From positions 72,075 to 136,074 of the forward strand of contig CAVOXT010000002.1 of the NCBI GenBank assembly GCA_963700495.1: a stretch of 64,000 nucleotides of DNA, in the 5' to 3' direction. A model generated the notes under the pieces. That model was not told the DNA's origin and searched no databases. It worked only from the letters and a program-made list of their open reading frames with translations. Each line of letters starts with the position of its first letter. Position 1 is the first letter of the stretch. Origin of the DNA: an uncultured Actinomycetes bacterium. Lineage in GTDB: Bacteria; Actinomycetota; Thermoleophilia; Gaiellales; Gaiellaceae. The position numbers were made by a program, and so were the translations under genes. Shown piece by piece: positions 1 to 8,750 of this stretch.

Positions 1-495
1 CTCGACGAGCTCGGCGTGCGCTGGGTGAACGACGGCGCGGTTGTCCTGCATCGCGGCAACGGCGGGCGGCCGACCGCCCGCGTCGATTCGGTCGACGAGG
101 ACGACGTCGAGGAAGCCGGCGACCAGATCGAGCGCGCATTCGAGGCGCGTGCCCAGCTCGGCGAGCTCCGGCGTCTGGACGAGCTGCTCGAGGCGCGTCT
201 CTCGGTGGCCGCCCCGCTCCAGCTGGAGCACGAGCTCGAGCCGCGACGCGGACGTGCAGCCGCCGTCGACGCCTACGTCTCGCTCGCCGAGGGGACGAAC
301 TCGACCGTCGAGACGACGGCGCACGCACTCGAGGTCGTCGACGCGCTCGACGGCAAGGTGCCGCTCCACGCCGTCGTCCGGGCCGCCGCTCGCCGCCTCG
401 GGCTGTCCGAGACCGAGACGTCGAGGCTCAGGCGCGAGGCCTTGCGGCTCAGCCGAGAGCTGCTCGAGCTGGGAGCGCTTCAGCTTCATCGCTGA
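1..495 (+). CDS. hypothetical protein, 3' part (ORF runs off the left edge)
   Basis: The frame is open from base 1 (LDELGVRWVNDG...) to the stop at 493-495. The translation is acidic and Leu-rich, not the Arg/Pro-rich pattern of off-frame ORFs. No motif recognised. Confidence 0.45.
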   Translation, partial: LDELGVRWVNDGAVVLHRGNGGRPTARVDSVDEDDVEEAGDQIERAFEARAQLGELRRLDELLEARLSVAAPLQLEHELEPRRGRAAAVDAYVSLAEGTNSTVETTAHALEVVDALDGKVPLHAVVRAAARRLGLSETETSRLRREALRLSRELLELGALQLHR

Positions 496-742
496 GGCGC
501 AGGTCCGGCACCGGCGAGGCCAGCAGTGCGGCGAAGGCCGCGGCTAGCTCGCGGGCGGAGTACGGCTTCGGGACGAAGCCGGTCAGGTGGTCGGTGAGCT
601 CCCCGGCGGCGTGCTCGCTGTAGCGGCCAGCACTCCCTGACTCGCGCGGCGGCGCTCCCCCGAAAGGGGTTAGCCGAGCGTCGAGCCTCGGCTTCGAGCC
701 GGCCGTCCGGCACGCCGAGATCCGGCGCAGGCTGCGCGAGAC
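449..742 (-). pseudogene. remnant of a CheY-type receiver domain (C-terminal half only, one frame break)
   Basis: Two adjacent minus-strand frames carry receiver-like segments. 'PDLGVPDGRLEAEARRSANP' lies in the frame of ORF 486..812, and 'DHLTGFVPKPYSARELAAAFAALL' lies in the tail of ORF 449..2227. There is no N-terminal half and no start codon. Confidence 0.3.
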
Positions 743-744
743 GC

Positions 745-3700
745 TCAGCGGCGTGTCGCGTCCGGCTTGAGCTGCGTCGTCGCGTCCACCTCGTCGAAGA
801 AGGCGAGCGCACGCTCGAGCTCGCCCTCTGCCACGCCCGCCCGTGCGGCGAAGAGCCGCGCGTATGCCTCGTCCGGACGCGACCCGATCTTGGCGAGGAT
901 CTCGGCGGCCTCGAGGAACTCGCTCCGCGCGAACGCGGAGGCCGCGTGGAGCCAGGGCGTCGTGCCGTTCACGGGCGCGAGATCGGCGCCGTGTCCAAGC
1001 GTGACCAGCCCCACGGCGAGGTCGAATGCCTCGAACGAGGGCACCGGGCTGTCCGCGCTCGTCGTCCAGATGCTGAGCAGCTCGTCCGCCGAGAGCAGCG
1101 CCTCGGCGGACTCGCCCGCCACGGCGAACGCGCGGGCCCGGAACGCGAGCGACTGGTTGAGGAACCAGGGATCGTTCGCCTTCCGCGCGATCGCGAGCCC
1201 CCGCTCGGCGTCGTCGACTGCGCCGGCGACGTCGTCTCGCGCGAGGCGGATGAGGCCGCGCACGCGCAGGCACGTCGTCTCCATGTAGTGGGGTGAGCCC
1301 GCCTGCGTGGCCGCGATGAACGCCTCGGCCAGGCGAATTGCCTCTGTCCAGCGGCCGCGCCAGTACGACTCGATCACGCACGCAGCGCTCAGCCACCGCT
1401 CCTCGAACGCGTCGCCGAACCGTTCCGCCGCCCGGCGTCCCTCGGCGAAGAGCTCGAACGCCCGCGGAAGCTCGCCCTGGATCGCGAGCGTCGCGGCGAG
1501 AAAGCGGTAGCCGCGAACGCTCTCCGGCGACTTGATCGCGTCGGCGATCGCGAGGCTGCGCTCGAAGTCCTCGAGTCCACCCTGGTCTCCTCTCGCGAGC
1601 CGCGCGGCGCCGATGTTGTTGAGCGACCGCGCACGGAGATCGTCGAGCCCGAGCAGCTCGGCCATCGCGAGCGCCTCCCGCCCGACCACGATCGCCTCTT
1701 CGGGCTTCTGCGTGCGGACGAGGAAGCGCGACCAGTTCGAGAGCACGAACACCTTCGCGCGCGTCGGTGGTTCGTCGCGGACGAGCGCTGCGGCACGCTC
1801 GAGGTGCTCCTGCGCCGACGCGTGCATCCCCTGGTTGACGAGCAGGTCGGCGGCCATCACGTCGGCGGCCGCCGCGCGCTCGCGGTCGCCGACGAGCAGG
1901 AGCGCCTCCCGGGCCTCTTCCAGCTCCTCCGCGCCGGCGTGCTCCGCATGGAAGCGCGCCTCTCCGACCCGGAGCAGCAGCTCTCCGCGCTTCGGGTCGT
2001 CGGGCGGCATCAGATCCAGCGCGGCGCGGTAGAAGCGGGCTGCAGTCGCGTGCGCGTTGAGGGTGGCGGCGTGCGTGCCGGCGTCGACCGCGGCCCGGCG
2101 CGCCTTGTCCGCGAGACCCGAGACGTCCTGTCCGGCCGCCCGGCCGAGCTCCAGCGCACGCAGGTAGTGGTGGGCGAGGAGCTCCGCTCGATCGTCTGCG
2201 CGCTCGGGAGGAAGCGACTCGATCCACTCCGCCGTGAGCCGGTGGTTCTGCGCCCGCCGCGCCCGAGCGAGCTGCGCGTACGCGACCTCCTGGACGAGCA
2301 CGTGCCGGAACGTGTACTGGAGCTCGTTCGCGATCGAGGACGTGCGCTCTCGCCGGACGAACTCCTTCCGTTCGAGCATCCGCAGCCGGTCCTCGACGAG
2401 CGATCCCGGCTGCGAGCCGATCGCAGCGAGCGACCCGACCCAGAAGACCTGGCCGACGAGCGCCGCGTCCTGAATCACGGCCTTCTCCTCGGGCGGAAGC
2501 CCGTCGAGTCGGGCGGCGATGATTCCCTGCACGGATTCGGGCAGCGGCAGCTCGCGGCTGCGGGCCAGATCGCCCGAGCCGTTCCGGTGCAGGAGGCCGC
2601 GGTCGTTCAGCATCCGCACGTACTCACCGGCGTAGAGCGGGTTTCCGCCGGAGTGCTCGAGCACGATGCGCTGGACCTCGGAAGGCAGGACGTCGCGGTC
2701 GAGGAGCGCGACGAGCAGCTCCTCCGTCTCCTTCTCTCCGAGCGGCGCCAGCGAGATCGAGATCGCGCTTCGCTTGCCACCGCCCCACCCGGGCCGGCGC
2801 TCGAGCAACTCGGGCCGCGCAGTGGCGAGCACGAGCAGCGGCACGTCCGCCGCCCAGTCGAGGAGGTAGTCGAGGAAGTCGAGCAGCCCGTCGTCGGCCC
2901 AGTGCAGGTCTTCGAGCACGAGCGCGAGCGGCCGTCGTTCCGCGAGCGCCTCGAAGAACCGGCGCCAGGCCGCGAACGCCTCGGCCCGGCGGTCCCCGCG
3001 GAGAACGTCCCCGGACGCGAGCCCGACGAGCGGACGCAGGTGCTCCGTCACCCAGCGCGCCTCGTCCGGGTCGGCGATCACCTCGTCCGCCGCGTCCTCG
3101 AGCTTTCGAACCGCGTTCCCGGCCGAGTCGCTCTCTGCGATGCCGACGTGCGCCTTGACCATCTCGGCGAGGGCGAGCAGGCTGAGCCCGTCGCCGTACG
3201 GAAGCGAACGACCTTCGAGCCGTTCGACCGGCTCGGCGCCGGCCGCGGCGAAGAGCTCGAAGACGAGCCGGCTCTTGCCGATCCCTGGAACGCCGACGAT
3301 CGTCACCAGCTGCGAAGCGCGGTCCCGGCGGACGCGCGCGAGCGCCTGAACGAGCACGTCGAGCTCCTCGGCGCGGCCGACCAGGGGTGCGTCGAGGCCT
3401 TCGTCGCCGCGACCCTCCCGAAGCGCGAGCGCAGGCCAGGCGGGCACGGGGAGAGCCTTCCCCTTTGCGATCACCGACTGGCACTCGCCGTACTCGACCG
3501 CGTGCCGGGTCGCGCGATAGGTCGCCTGGCCGACGAGGATCCCGCCCGCCGGAGCCGCCGACTGGAGCCTGGCGCCCGTGTTCATCACGTCGCCCGCCGC
3601 CATGCTCTCGCCTGAGTGCGGGCTCGCTCCGAGCGAGACGAGCGCCTCGCCGGTGTGGACGCCGATCCTCACCTCGAGCCCGAGCGTCGGGTCCGCGGCG

Positions 3701-4146
3701 TTCAGCTCCTCGATCGCGTCGTGGATCGCGAACGCCGCCCTGACCGCGCGCTCCGGATCGTCCTCGTGCGCGACCGGCGCACCGAAGAGCGCGACCACCG
3801 CGTCGCCGATGAACTTCTCCACAGTGCCCCCGACGCGCGCGAGCTCGTCGCGCAGGCGCGCGTGGTAGGGCGCGAGCCGGGCGCGCACGTCCTCCGGGTC
3901 GAGGCGGTCCGCGGCAGCCGTCGAACCGACGAGATCGGCGTAGAGCACGGTGACGACCTTCCGCTCCTCGCCCGGCGCCGGCGCCTGTGGCGCCGCGTCC
4001 AGACGGGTTCCGCACGAGGAGCAGAACGAGGCCCCCGGCTCGGTCAGCTTCCCGCACGTCGGACAGACACGCTCGAGCGAGGCGCCGCAGCTCGCGCAGA
4101 ACCGGTTGCCCGGAAGCGCTTCGACTCCACACGAGGGACACGTCAT
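745..4146 (-). CDS. zinc-ribbon / class III adenylate-guanylate cyclase / P-loop STAND NTPase / TPR-like repeat protein
   Basis: ORF 745..4224, with the start placed at Met27 (MTCPSCG). It has two CxxC..CxxC ribbons (CPSCG..CASCG, CPTCG..CSSCG) and the cyclase motifs 'VTVLYADLVGST' and 'KFIGDAVVALFGAP'. A Walker A motif ('VGVPGIGKS') is followed by a long helical-repeat C-terminus. The 1133 codons are uninterrupted. Confidence 0.9.
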   Translation of the reverse strand: MTCPSCGVEALPGNRFCASCGASLERVCPTCGKLTEPGASFCSSCGTRLDAAPQAPAPGEERKVVTVLYADLVGSTAAADRLDPEDVRARLAPYHARLRDELARVGGTVEKFIGDAVVALFGAPVAHEDDPERAVRAAFAIHDAIEELNAADPTLGLEVRIGVHTGEALVSLGASPHSGESMAAGDVMNTGARLQSAAPAGGILVGQATYRATRHAVEYGECQSVIAKGKALPVPAWPALALREGRGDEGLDAPLVGRAEELDVLVQALARVRRDRASQLVTIVGVPGIGKSRLVFELFAAAGAEPVERLEGRSLPYGDGLSLLALAEMVKAHVGIAESDSAGNAVRKLEDAADEVIADPDEARWVTEHLRPLVGLASGDVLRGDRRAEAFAAWRRFFEALAERRPLALVLEDLHWADDGLLDFLDYLLDWAADVPLLVLATARPELLERRPGWGGGKRSAISISLAPLGEKETEELLVALLDRDVLPSEVQRIVLEHSGGNPLYAGEYVRMLNDRGLLHRNGSGDLARSRELPLPESVQGIIAARLDGLPPEEKAVIQDAALVGQVFWVGSLAAIGSQPGSLVEDRLRMLERKEFVRRERTSSIANELQYTFRHVLVQEVAYAQLARARRAQNHRLTAEWIESLPPERADDRAELLAHHYLRALELGRAAGQDVSGLADKARRAAVDAGTHAATLNAHATAARFYRAALDLMPPDDPKRGELLLRVGEARFHAEHAGAEELEEAREALLLVGDRERAAAADVMAADLLVNQGMHASAQEHLERAAALVRDEPPTRAKVFVLSNWSRFLVRTQKPEEAIVVGREALAMAELLGLDDLRARSLNNIGAARLARGDQGGLEDFERSLAIADAIKSPESVRGYRFLAATLAIQGELPRAFELFAEGRRAAERFGDAFEERWLSAACVIESYWRGRWTEAIRLAEAFIAATQAGSPHYMETTCLRVRGLIRLARDDVAGAVDDAERGLAIARKANDPWFLNQSLAFRARAFAVAGESAEALLSADELLSIWTTSADSPVPSFEAFDLAVGLVTLGHGADLAPVNGTTPWLHAASAFARSEFLEAAEILAKIGSRPDEAYARLFAARAGVAEGELERALAFFDEVDATTQLKPDATRR

Positions 4147-4195
4147 CGCTGTCACAATGCTAGGGCAGCGAGTTCGACTCTCCGAGCTTGCGACC

Positions 4196-5059
4196 ATGTT
4201 CATGGACCTGACTGCCGACAACACGGCGATCGTGTTGGACTCGACGGCCGATCTCCCGGACGCGGCGGAGCGCCATCCGAACTGGCGCGTCGTGCCGCTC
4301 TACGTCAGATTCGGCGACGAGCTCTTCCGCGACTACGTCGACCTCGAGCCGGTCGAGTTCTACCGGCGGCTGCGCGCGTCCTCCGAACAGCCGCGGAGCT
4401 CCCAGCCCTCGCCGGGCGACTTCACGAGAGCGGTCTCGGAGCTCGACGGATACGAACGCGTGCTCATGCTGACGATCTCCGCCGGGCTCTCCGGCACCTA
4501 CGAGAGCGCGCGCGTCGCCGCGGAGGCCGACCCGCGCGCCCGAGCGATCGACACGGGCTTCGTCTCGGGTGCGATCGTCCTGCTCGCCGAGGCGGTTCAG
4601 CGAAGGCTCGAGCGCGGGACGAACGACGAGGAGCTCGCCGACCTGTTCGACCGCTTTCGGCGCGGCGCCCGTTTCTTCGTGACGCTCGACACGCTCGAGT
4701 ACCTCGTGCGCGGCGGGCGTGCCGGACGCGCGGCCGGGTTCGTGGGAGGACTGATGTCGGTCAAGCCCGTGCTCGAGGTCTCGGACGGCGAGATCGTCCC
4801 GGCCCGCCGGGTTCGCGGCCGGACGCGGGCGATCGACGAACTCGAGCGGCTCTTCGTCGACGCGACCGAAGACGAGCCGTCCGTACACGTGGGACTCGTG
4901 CATGCGGATGCCGAGCGCGAGCTGGGAGAACTCGAGGCCCGAGTGCGCCGCTCGCGCCCGAATGCATCGGTCGACTTCAGAGGGATGTTCGGCCCGGTGC
5001 TCGGCACGAACGCCGGGCCTGGTGCGCTCGCGCTCTGCTGGTACCGCGACGACGACTAG
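4196..5059 (+). CDS. DegV family fatty-acid-binding protein
   Basis: This is the real part of ORF 3950..5059, starting at the ATG at 4196 (MFMDLTADNTAIVLDSTADLP). DegV hallmarks are 'SSQPSPGDF', 'LTISAGLSGTY' and 'FVTLDTLEYLVRGGR'. Confidence 0.9.
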   Translation: MFMDLTADNTAIVLDSTADLPDAAERHPNWRVVPLYVRFGDELFRDYVDLEPVEFYRRLRASSEQPRSSQPSPGDFTRAVSELDGYERVLMLTISAGLSGTYESARVAAEADPRARAIDTGFVSGAIVLLAEAVQRRLERGTNDEELADLFDRFRRGARFFVTLDTLEYLVRGGRAGRAAGFVGGLMSVKPVLEVSDGEIVPARRVRGRTRAIDELERLFVDATEDEPSVHVGLVHADAERELGELEARVRRSRPNASVDFRGMFGPVLGTNAGPGALALCWYRDDD

Positions 5060-6358
5060 ACGGAGACGGTCTCGCGAACGTCCGCGTACCAGTCCTCGCG
5101 AGTGAGCGGCAGGCCACTCACGCCTCGGTCCGGCTTGGCGAAGAGCGCCTGGTACACGTTCAGCCGGCCTGTCTGCATCCCGTAGGCCGACCCGGCCATG
5201 TACATGCGCCAGATCCGATAGGTCTGCTCGTCGGTGGCGCGGATCGCGTCGTCCCGGTGCTCGTCGATGCGCGAGACCCAGTGCCGAAGCGTGAGCTCGT
5301 AGTGCTCGCGAAGGCTCTCGACGTCACGGACCTCGAAGCCGGACTGCTCGGCCGCGCGGAGAGCGGTCGAGATCGGCAGAACGCCGCCGTCCGGGAAACA
5401 CGTAGCGCTCCATGAACGACGGGCCTCGCCTCGCGGTCTGCTCGAACTGGTAGCTCCGAGCGACGCCCTGGTTGAGAAAGACGCCGCCGGGCTTCAGCAG
5501 CGCGCGCGCCCTTGCGAAGAAGTCGGGAAGCAGCTCCTCGCCGACGGACTCGAACATGCAGATGGAGACGACCTTGTCGAACGACTCCGGGGCATCGAGG
5601 CTGCGGTAGTCGCGCACCTCGATCCGGCAGCGATCCTCGAGCCCGGCTGCCCGGATGCGCTCGGTCGCAAGCTCGGCCTGCGGCTCGGAGAGCGTGATCC
5701 CGACTGCGTCCACGCCGTAGTGCCCGGCCGCGTGGATCATGAGGCCGCCCCAGCCGCAGCCGATGTCGATCAGCCGCTCGCCCTCGCGCAGCCGGAGCTT
5801 GCGGCACACGAGGTCGAGCTTGCGCAGCTGTGCGGTGTCGAGGTCATCGTCCGGAGAGCCGAAGTACGCGCACGTGTAGACCATCCGCTCGTCGAGGTAG
5901 GAGGCGAAGAACTCGTTCGACGTGTCGTAGTGATAGGTGACGGCCTGCCTGTCGCGTCCGATCGAGAACCGCCTGCCGCGCAACTCCGCGGCGCCGCGAC
6001 CGACGCGCGGTCTCCGCTCGGACGGCAGCGACAGCAGCCGGCGGGCGAGCCCGAGCCGGTCGAAGAGGCCCCAGCGCCGCTCGACGAGGAGAGCGTCGGC
6101 GAGTCCGAACACGCCGTGGATGTCGCCTTCGATGTCGACGTCCCCGAAGACGTAGGCCTCTGCCATGTTGAGCTGCGTCGGCGGCCAGAGCAGCGCGCGA
6201 AGCGACCCCGGATGCGCGAGCACGAGCGTGAACCGCTCGGGCTCGCCGCGAGACGGCTCGACTCTGCGCCCGTCCCAGAGTCGGACGGCGAAGTCGCGCC
6301 GCAGATCGCCGATCAGGTCGTGCAGGATCGCGAGCGTCGTCTCGCCGTGGTCAGCCAT
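5056..6358 (-). pseudogene. cfa: cyclopropane-fatty-acyl-phospholipid synthase paralogue 1 (one frame break near 5397-5402)
   Basis: ORF 5324..6358 carries 'YHYDTSNEFF' and the SAM motif 'IDIGCGWGG'. After 'FMERYVFP' the homologous C-terminus (DGGVLPISTALRAAEQSGFEVRDVESLREHYELTLRHW...LPLTREDWY) continues in another frame to the TAG at 5056-5058. An extra base in the run gtgTTTCCCgg explains the shift. Confidence 0.85.
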
Positions 6359-7646
6359 ACCAATCGTCGCGCGTGAGAGGAAGCCCGGACGATCCCTGCG
6401 GGCCGGGCTTGACGAGCAGCGACTGCCAGAGGTTCAGGCGACCGACGCGCTGGCCGTACGTGAAGCCCGCCATCCCGAGCCGCCACACCCGGTAGGTGAT
6501 CGAGTCGGCGACCTCGACCGCGCGGTCTTCGTTCGCCTCGAGCCGCTTCCGCCAGTGCGCGACGGTCAGCGCGTAGTGCTCGCGCAGGCTCTCGACGTCG
6601 CGAACCTCGAAGCCCGCCGCCTCGGCCGCCTGCAGGGTGGTCGAGATCGGCAGCAGCTCGCAGTCCGGGAAGATGTAGGCCATCGTGAACGAGCCCCCAC
6701 GCCGCGCACGGACGGTCGCGGGCTCGCCGATCCCGTGATTGAGGAACGCGCCGCCCGGCTTCAGGACCTCGAGCACGTGGTCGAAGTACTCGGGGAGCGA
6801 GCCCGCAGTCAGGTGCTCGAACATGCCGATGCTCGAGACCTTGTCGAACGGGCCCGAGACCTCGCGGAAGTCCCGCACCTCGACGCGGCAGCGACCTTCG
6901 AGGCCCGCCGCGCGGATGCGCTCGTTCGCGAGCTCGGCCTGCGGCTCGGACAGCGTCACGCCGAGCGCTTCCACGCCGTAGTGCTCGGCCGCGTGCATGA
7001 CGAGCCCGCCCCAGCCGCAGCCGATGTCGAAGAGCCGTTCGCCCTCGCGCAGCCGCAGCTTGCGGCAGATGTAGTCGAGCTTCTGCTCCTGCGCCGTGTC
7101 GAGGTCGTCGTCCGGCGTGCGGAAGTACGCGCACGTGTAGACCATCCGCCGGTCGAGGAAGAGCCCGTAGAACTCGGGGTCGAGGTCGTAGTGGTAGTGG
7201 ACGGCCTGCGCCAGCCGCTCGGCGGAGTCGCGCCGCCCGCGCAGCCGGGCCGGACCGCGGCCCGCGCGGACGCCGCCGTTCGACGGCAGCTCCAGCGCCC
7301 GCTTCCCGAGCCGAAGCTGCTCGCGGCGCCCCCACTCCCGCTCGATCAGCAGCCAGTCGGCGAGCGGCAGGACCGCCTCGAGGTCGCCCTCGACGTCGAC
7401 GTCGCCGTGCAGGTACGCCTCTGCGAGCGAGAGCTGAAGCTTGCTCGGCGAGGCGAGCATCGCCCGCAGCGCACCCGCGTGCTCGAGGACGATCGTGAAC
7501 CGTGCGTCGACCCCGGGGTCGGGGCCCCACTCCGTCCCGTCCCAGAGCCGGACGGCGAAGTCTCGGGGCTCGTAGCCGCCGAAGAGCTCATCCAGGAGCG
7601 CGAGCGTCCGCTCGGCGGCCTCGGAGCGCTCGTGGACGGAGGTTAT
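6351..7646 (-). CDS. cfa: cyclopropane-fatty-acyl-phospholipid synthase paralogue 2
   Basis: ORF 6351..7460 carries 'HYHYDLDPEFY' and 'FDIGCGWGG'. Homology to the paralogue-1 N-terminus (DFAVRLWDG...FTIVLEHAGALRA) continues in frame upstream to 7652, with no ATG/GTG/TTG. An ATA at 7644-7646 sits 10 nt after a GGGAAGGG Shine-Dalgarno-like run, exactly where a start is expected. The first canonical ATG is at 7460. Confidence 0.8.
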   Translation of the reverse strand: MTSVHERSEAAERTLALLDELFGGYEPRDFAVRLWDGTEWGPDPGVDARFTIVLEHAGALRAMLASPSKLQLSLAEAYLHGDVDVEGDLEAVLPLADWLLIEREWGRREQLRLGKRALELPSNGGVRAGRGPARLRGRRDSAERLAQAVHYHYDLDPEFYGLFLDRRMVYTCAYFRTPDDDLDTAQEQKLDYICRKLRLREGERLFDIGCGWGGLVMHAAEHYGVEALGVTLSEPQAELANERIRAAGLEGRCRVEVRDFREVSGPFDKVSSIGMFEHLTAGSLPEYFDHVLEVLKPGGAFLNHGIGEPATVRARRGGSFTMAYIFPDCELLPISTTLQAAEAAGFEVRDVESLREHYALTVAHWRKRLEANEDRAVEVADSITYRVWRLGMAGFTYGQRVGRLNLWQSLLVKPGPQGSSGLPLTRDDWYG

Positions 7647-7652
7647 GCCGGT

Positions 7653-8550
7653 CTAACCCTTCCCTGACGACGCCGGCGTTCGACTGCTGACTGGTTGCGG
7701 AACCTTCACGTTCCAGGCGAGCCCGAGCTTCTGCGAGCAGCCGAATGACGAGCGCGGTCAGGTCGGGTTGGCGAAGGCTCATCCCGTGGTACGCCATGCT
7801 CGGGAACGCGTGGTGGTTGTTGTGCCACCCTTCGCCCAGGCCGATCGTGCCCATCAGCCAGTTATTACGGCTTTCGTCCCCGGTGTCAAACGGCTGCTTG
7901 CCGAACACGTGGCAAACGGAGTTGACCGCGAAGGTCAGGTGGTTGCCGACCGCGATCCGGACGAGCCCGCCCCAGAGCAGACCGCGCCAGCCGGCGATGG
8001 CGTACGGGATCGCGAGCCCGAGCAGGACCCAGACCATGTTCGTCCGGTCGATGAAGACGACGAGCGGATCGTTGAGGAGCCGCTTGCAGTAGCGCTCGCG
8101 CTCGGCCGGCGTCGGCTTGAGGATCCAGCCCACGTGCGCGTGGAAGAAGCCTTCGACGGGTGAGTGCGGGTCGCCCTCGCGGTCGGATGCGGCGTGATGC
8201 TTGAGGTGCCAGGCGGTCCAGTTGATCACCTTCCCCTGGACCGCCATCGCGCCGAGGGCGAGGAAGGTGCCCCTGACGATCGGGCCGGTCTCGAAGCTGC
8301 GATGCGTCACCAGCCGGTGGTAGCCGATCGTCGTGCCGAGACCGGTGATCACGTACATGCCGACGAGAAGCGCCACGTCCGTCCAGTCGACGAGGCTGTT
8401 CCAGAGGATCCACATCGCGTACCCCGTTGCTGCCAGGGGGAGCACGAGCCCGATGACGAGCACCATGCGGTAGACGGAACGCGGGATCCGGTGCTCGAAG
8501 ACCTTGAGCACGACCGCAGAGGCGACGACGGCGAGGATCAGCCACTTCAT
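7653..8550 (-). pseudogene. acyl-CoA (stearoyl-type, DesA3-like) fatty-acid desaturase (one frame break near 7733)
   Basis: ORF 7588..8550 has the histidine boxes 'HRLVTH', 'HLKHHAASD' and 'HNNHHAF'. After 'VIRLL' the listed frame gives AEARARLERE. Dropping one base gives the family-typical end 'EKLGLAWNVKVP...' and a stop at 7653-7655. Confidence 0.85.
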
Positions 8551-8750
8551 CGGGCGCGGATCCTAACCGTCGTGTCGTTCCCGGCCAACCGAACCCGGCC
8601 CCTCATCTCGGGGAAGACGCCGGCCCAGCCCATCTCGAACTCCGGCAGGGTGAGGCTGACGGCCGACACCTTCGATCTCTGCGTTCCCGTCGCGGACAAC
8701 GCGAAACTCAAGCACGTCGCCGCGCGGCGGCCAAACACACGGACGGCCGG

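Noticed and set aside
449-4141. Long listed ORFs overlapping the cyclase gene (449..2227 -, 1804..3615 +, 2624..4141 -, 3616..5415 +).
   Set aside because: Their translations are Arg/Ala/Pro/Gly-rich low-complexity strings, typical of off-frame reading in high-G+C DNA. The alternative frame gives a motif-rich 1133-aa protein.
8547-8745. Small minus-strand ORF between the Mo-subunit stop and the desaturase start. It can be read as about 66 aa (..GDVLEFRVVRDGNAEIEGV / SAVSLTLPEFEMGWAGVFPEMRGRVRLAGNDTTVRIRAR), and its stop overlaps the desaturase ATG.
   Set aside because: The ATGA coupling is suggestive. However, the reading needs a frame break, I recognise no family, and the start is unclear. 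That is not enough to call a gene.
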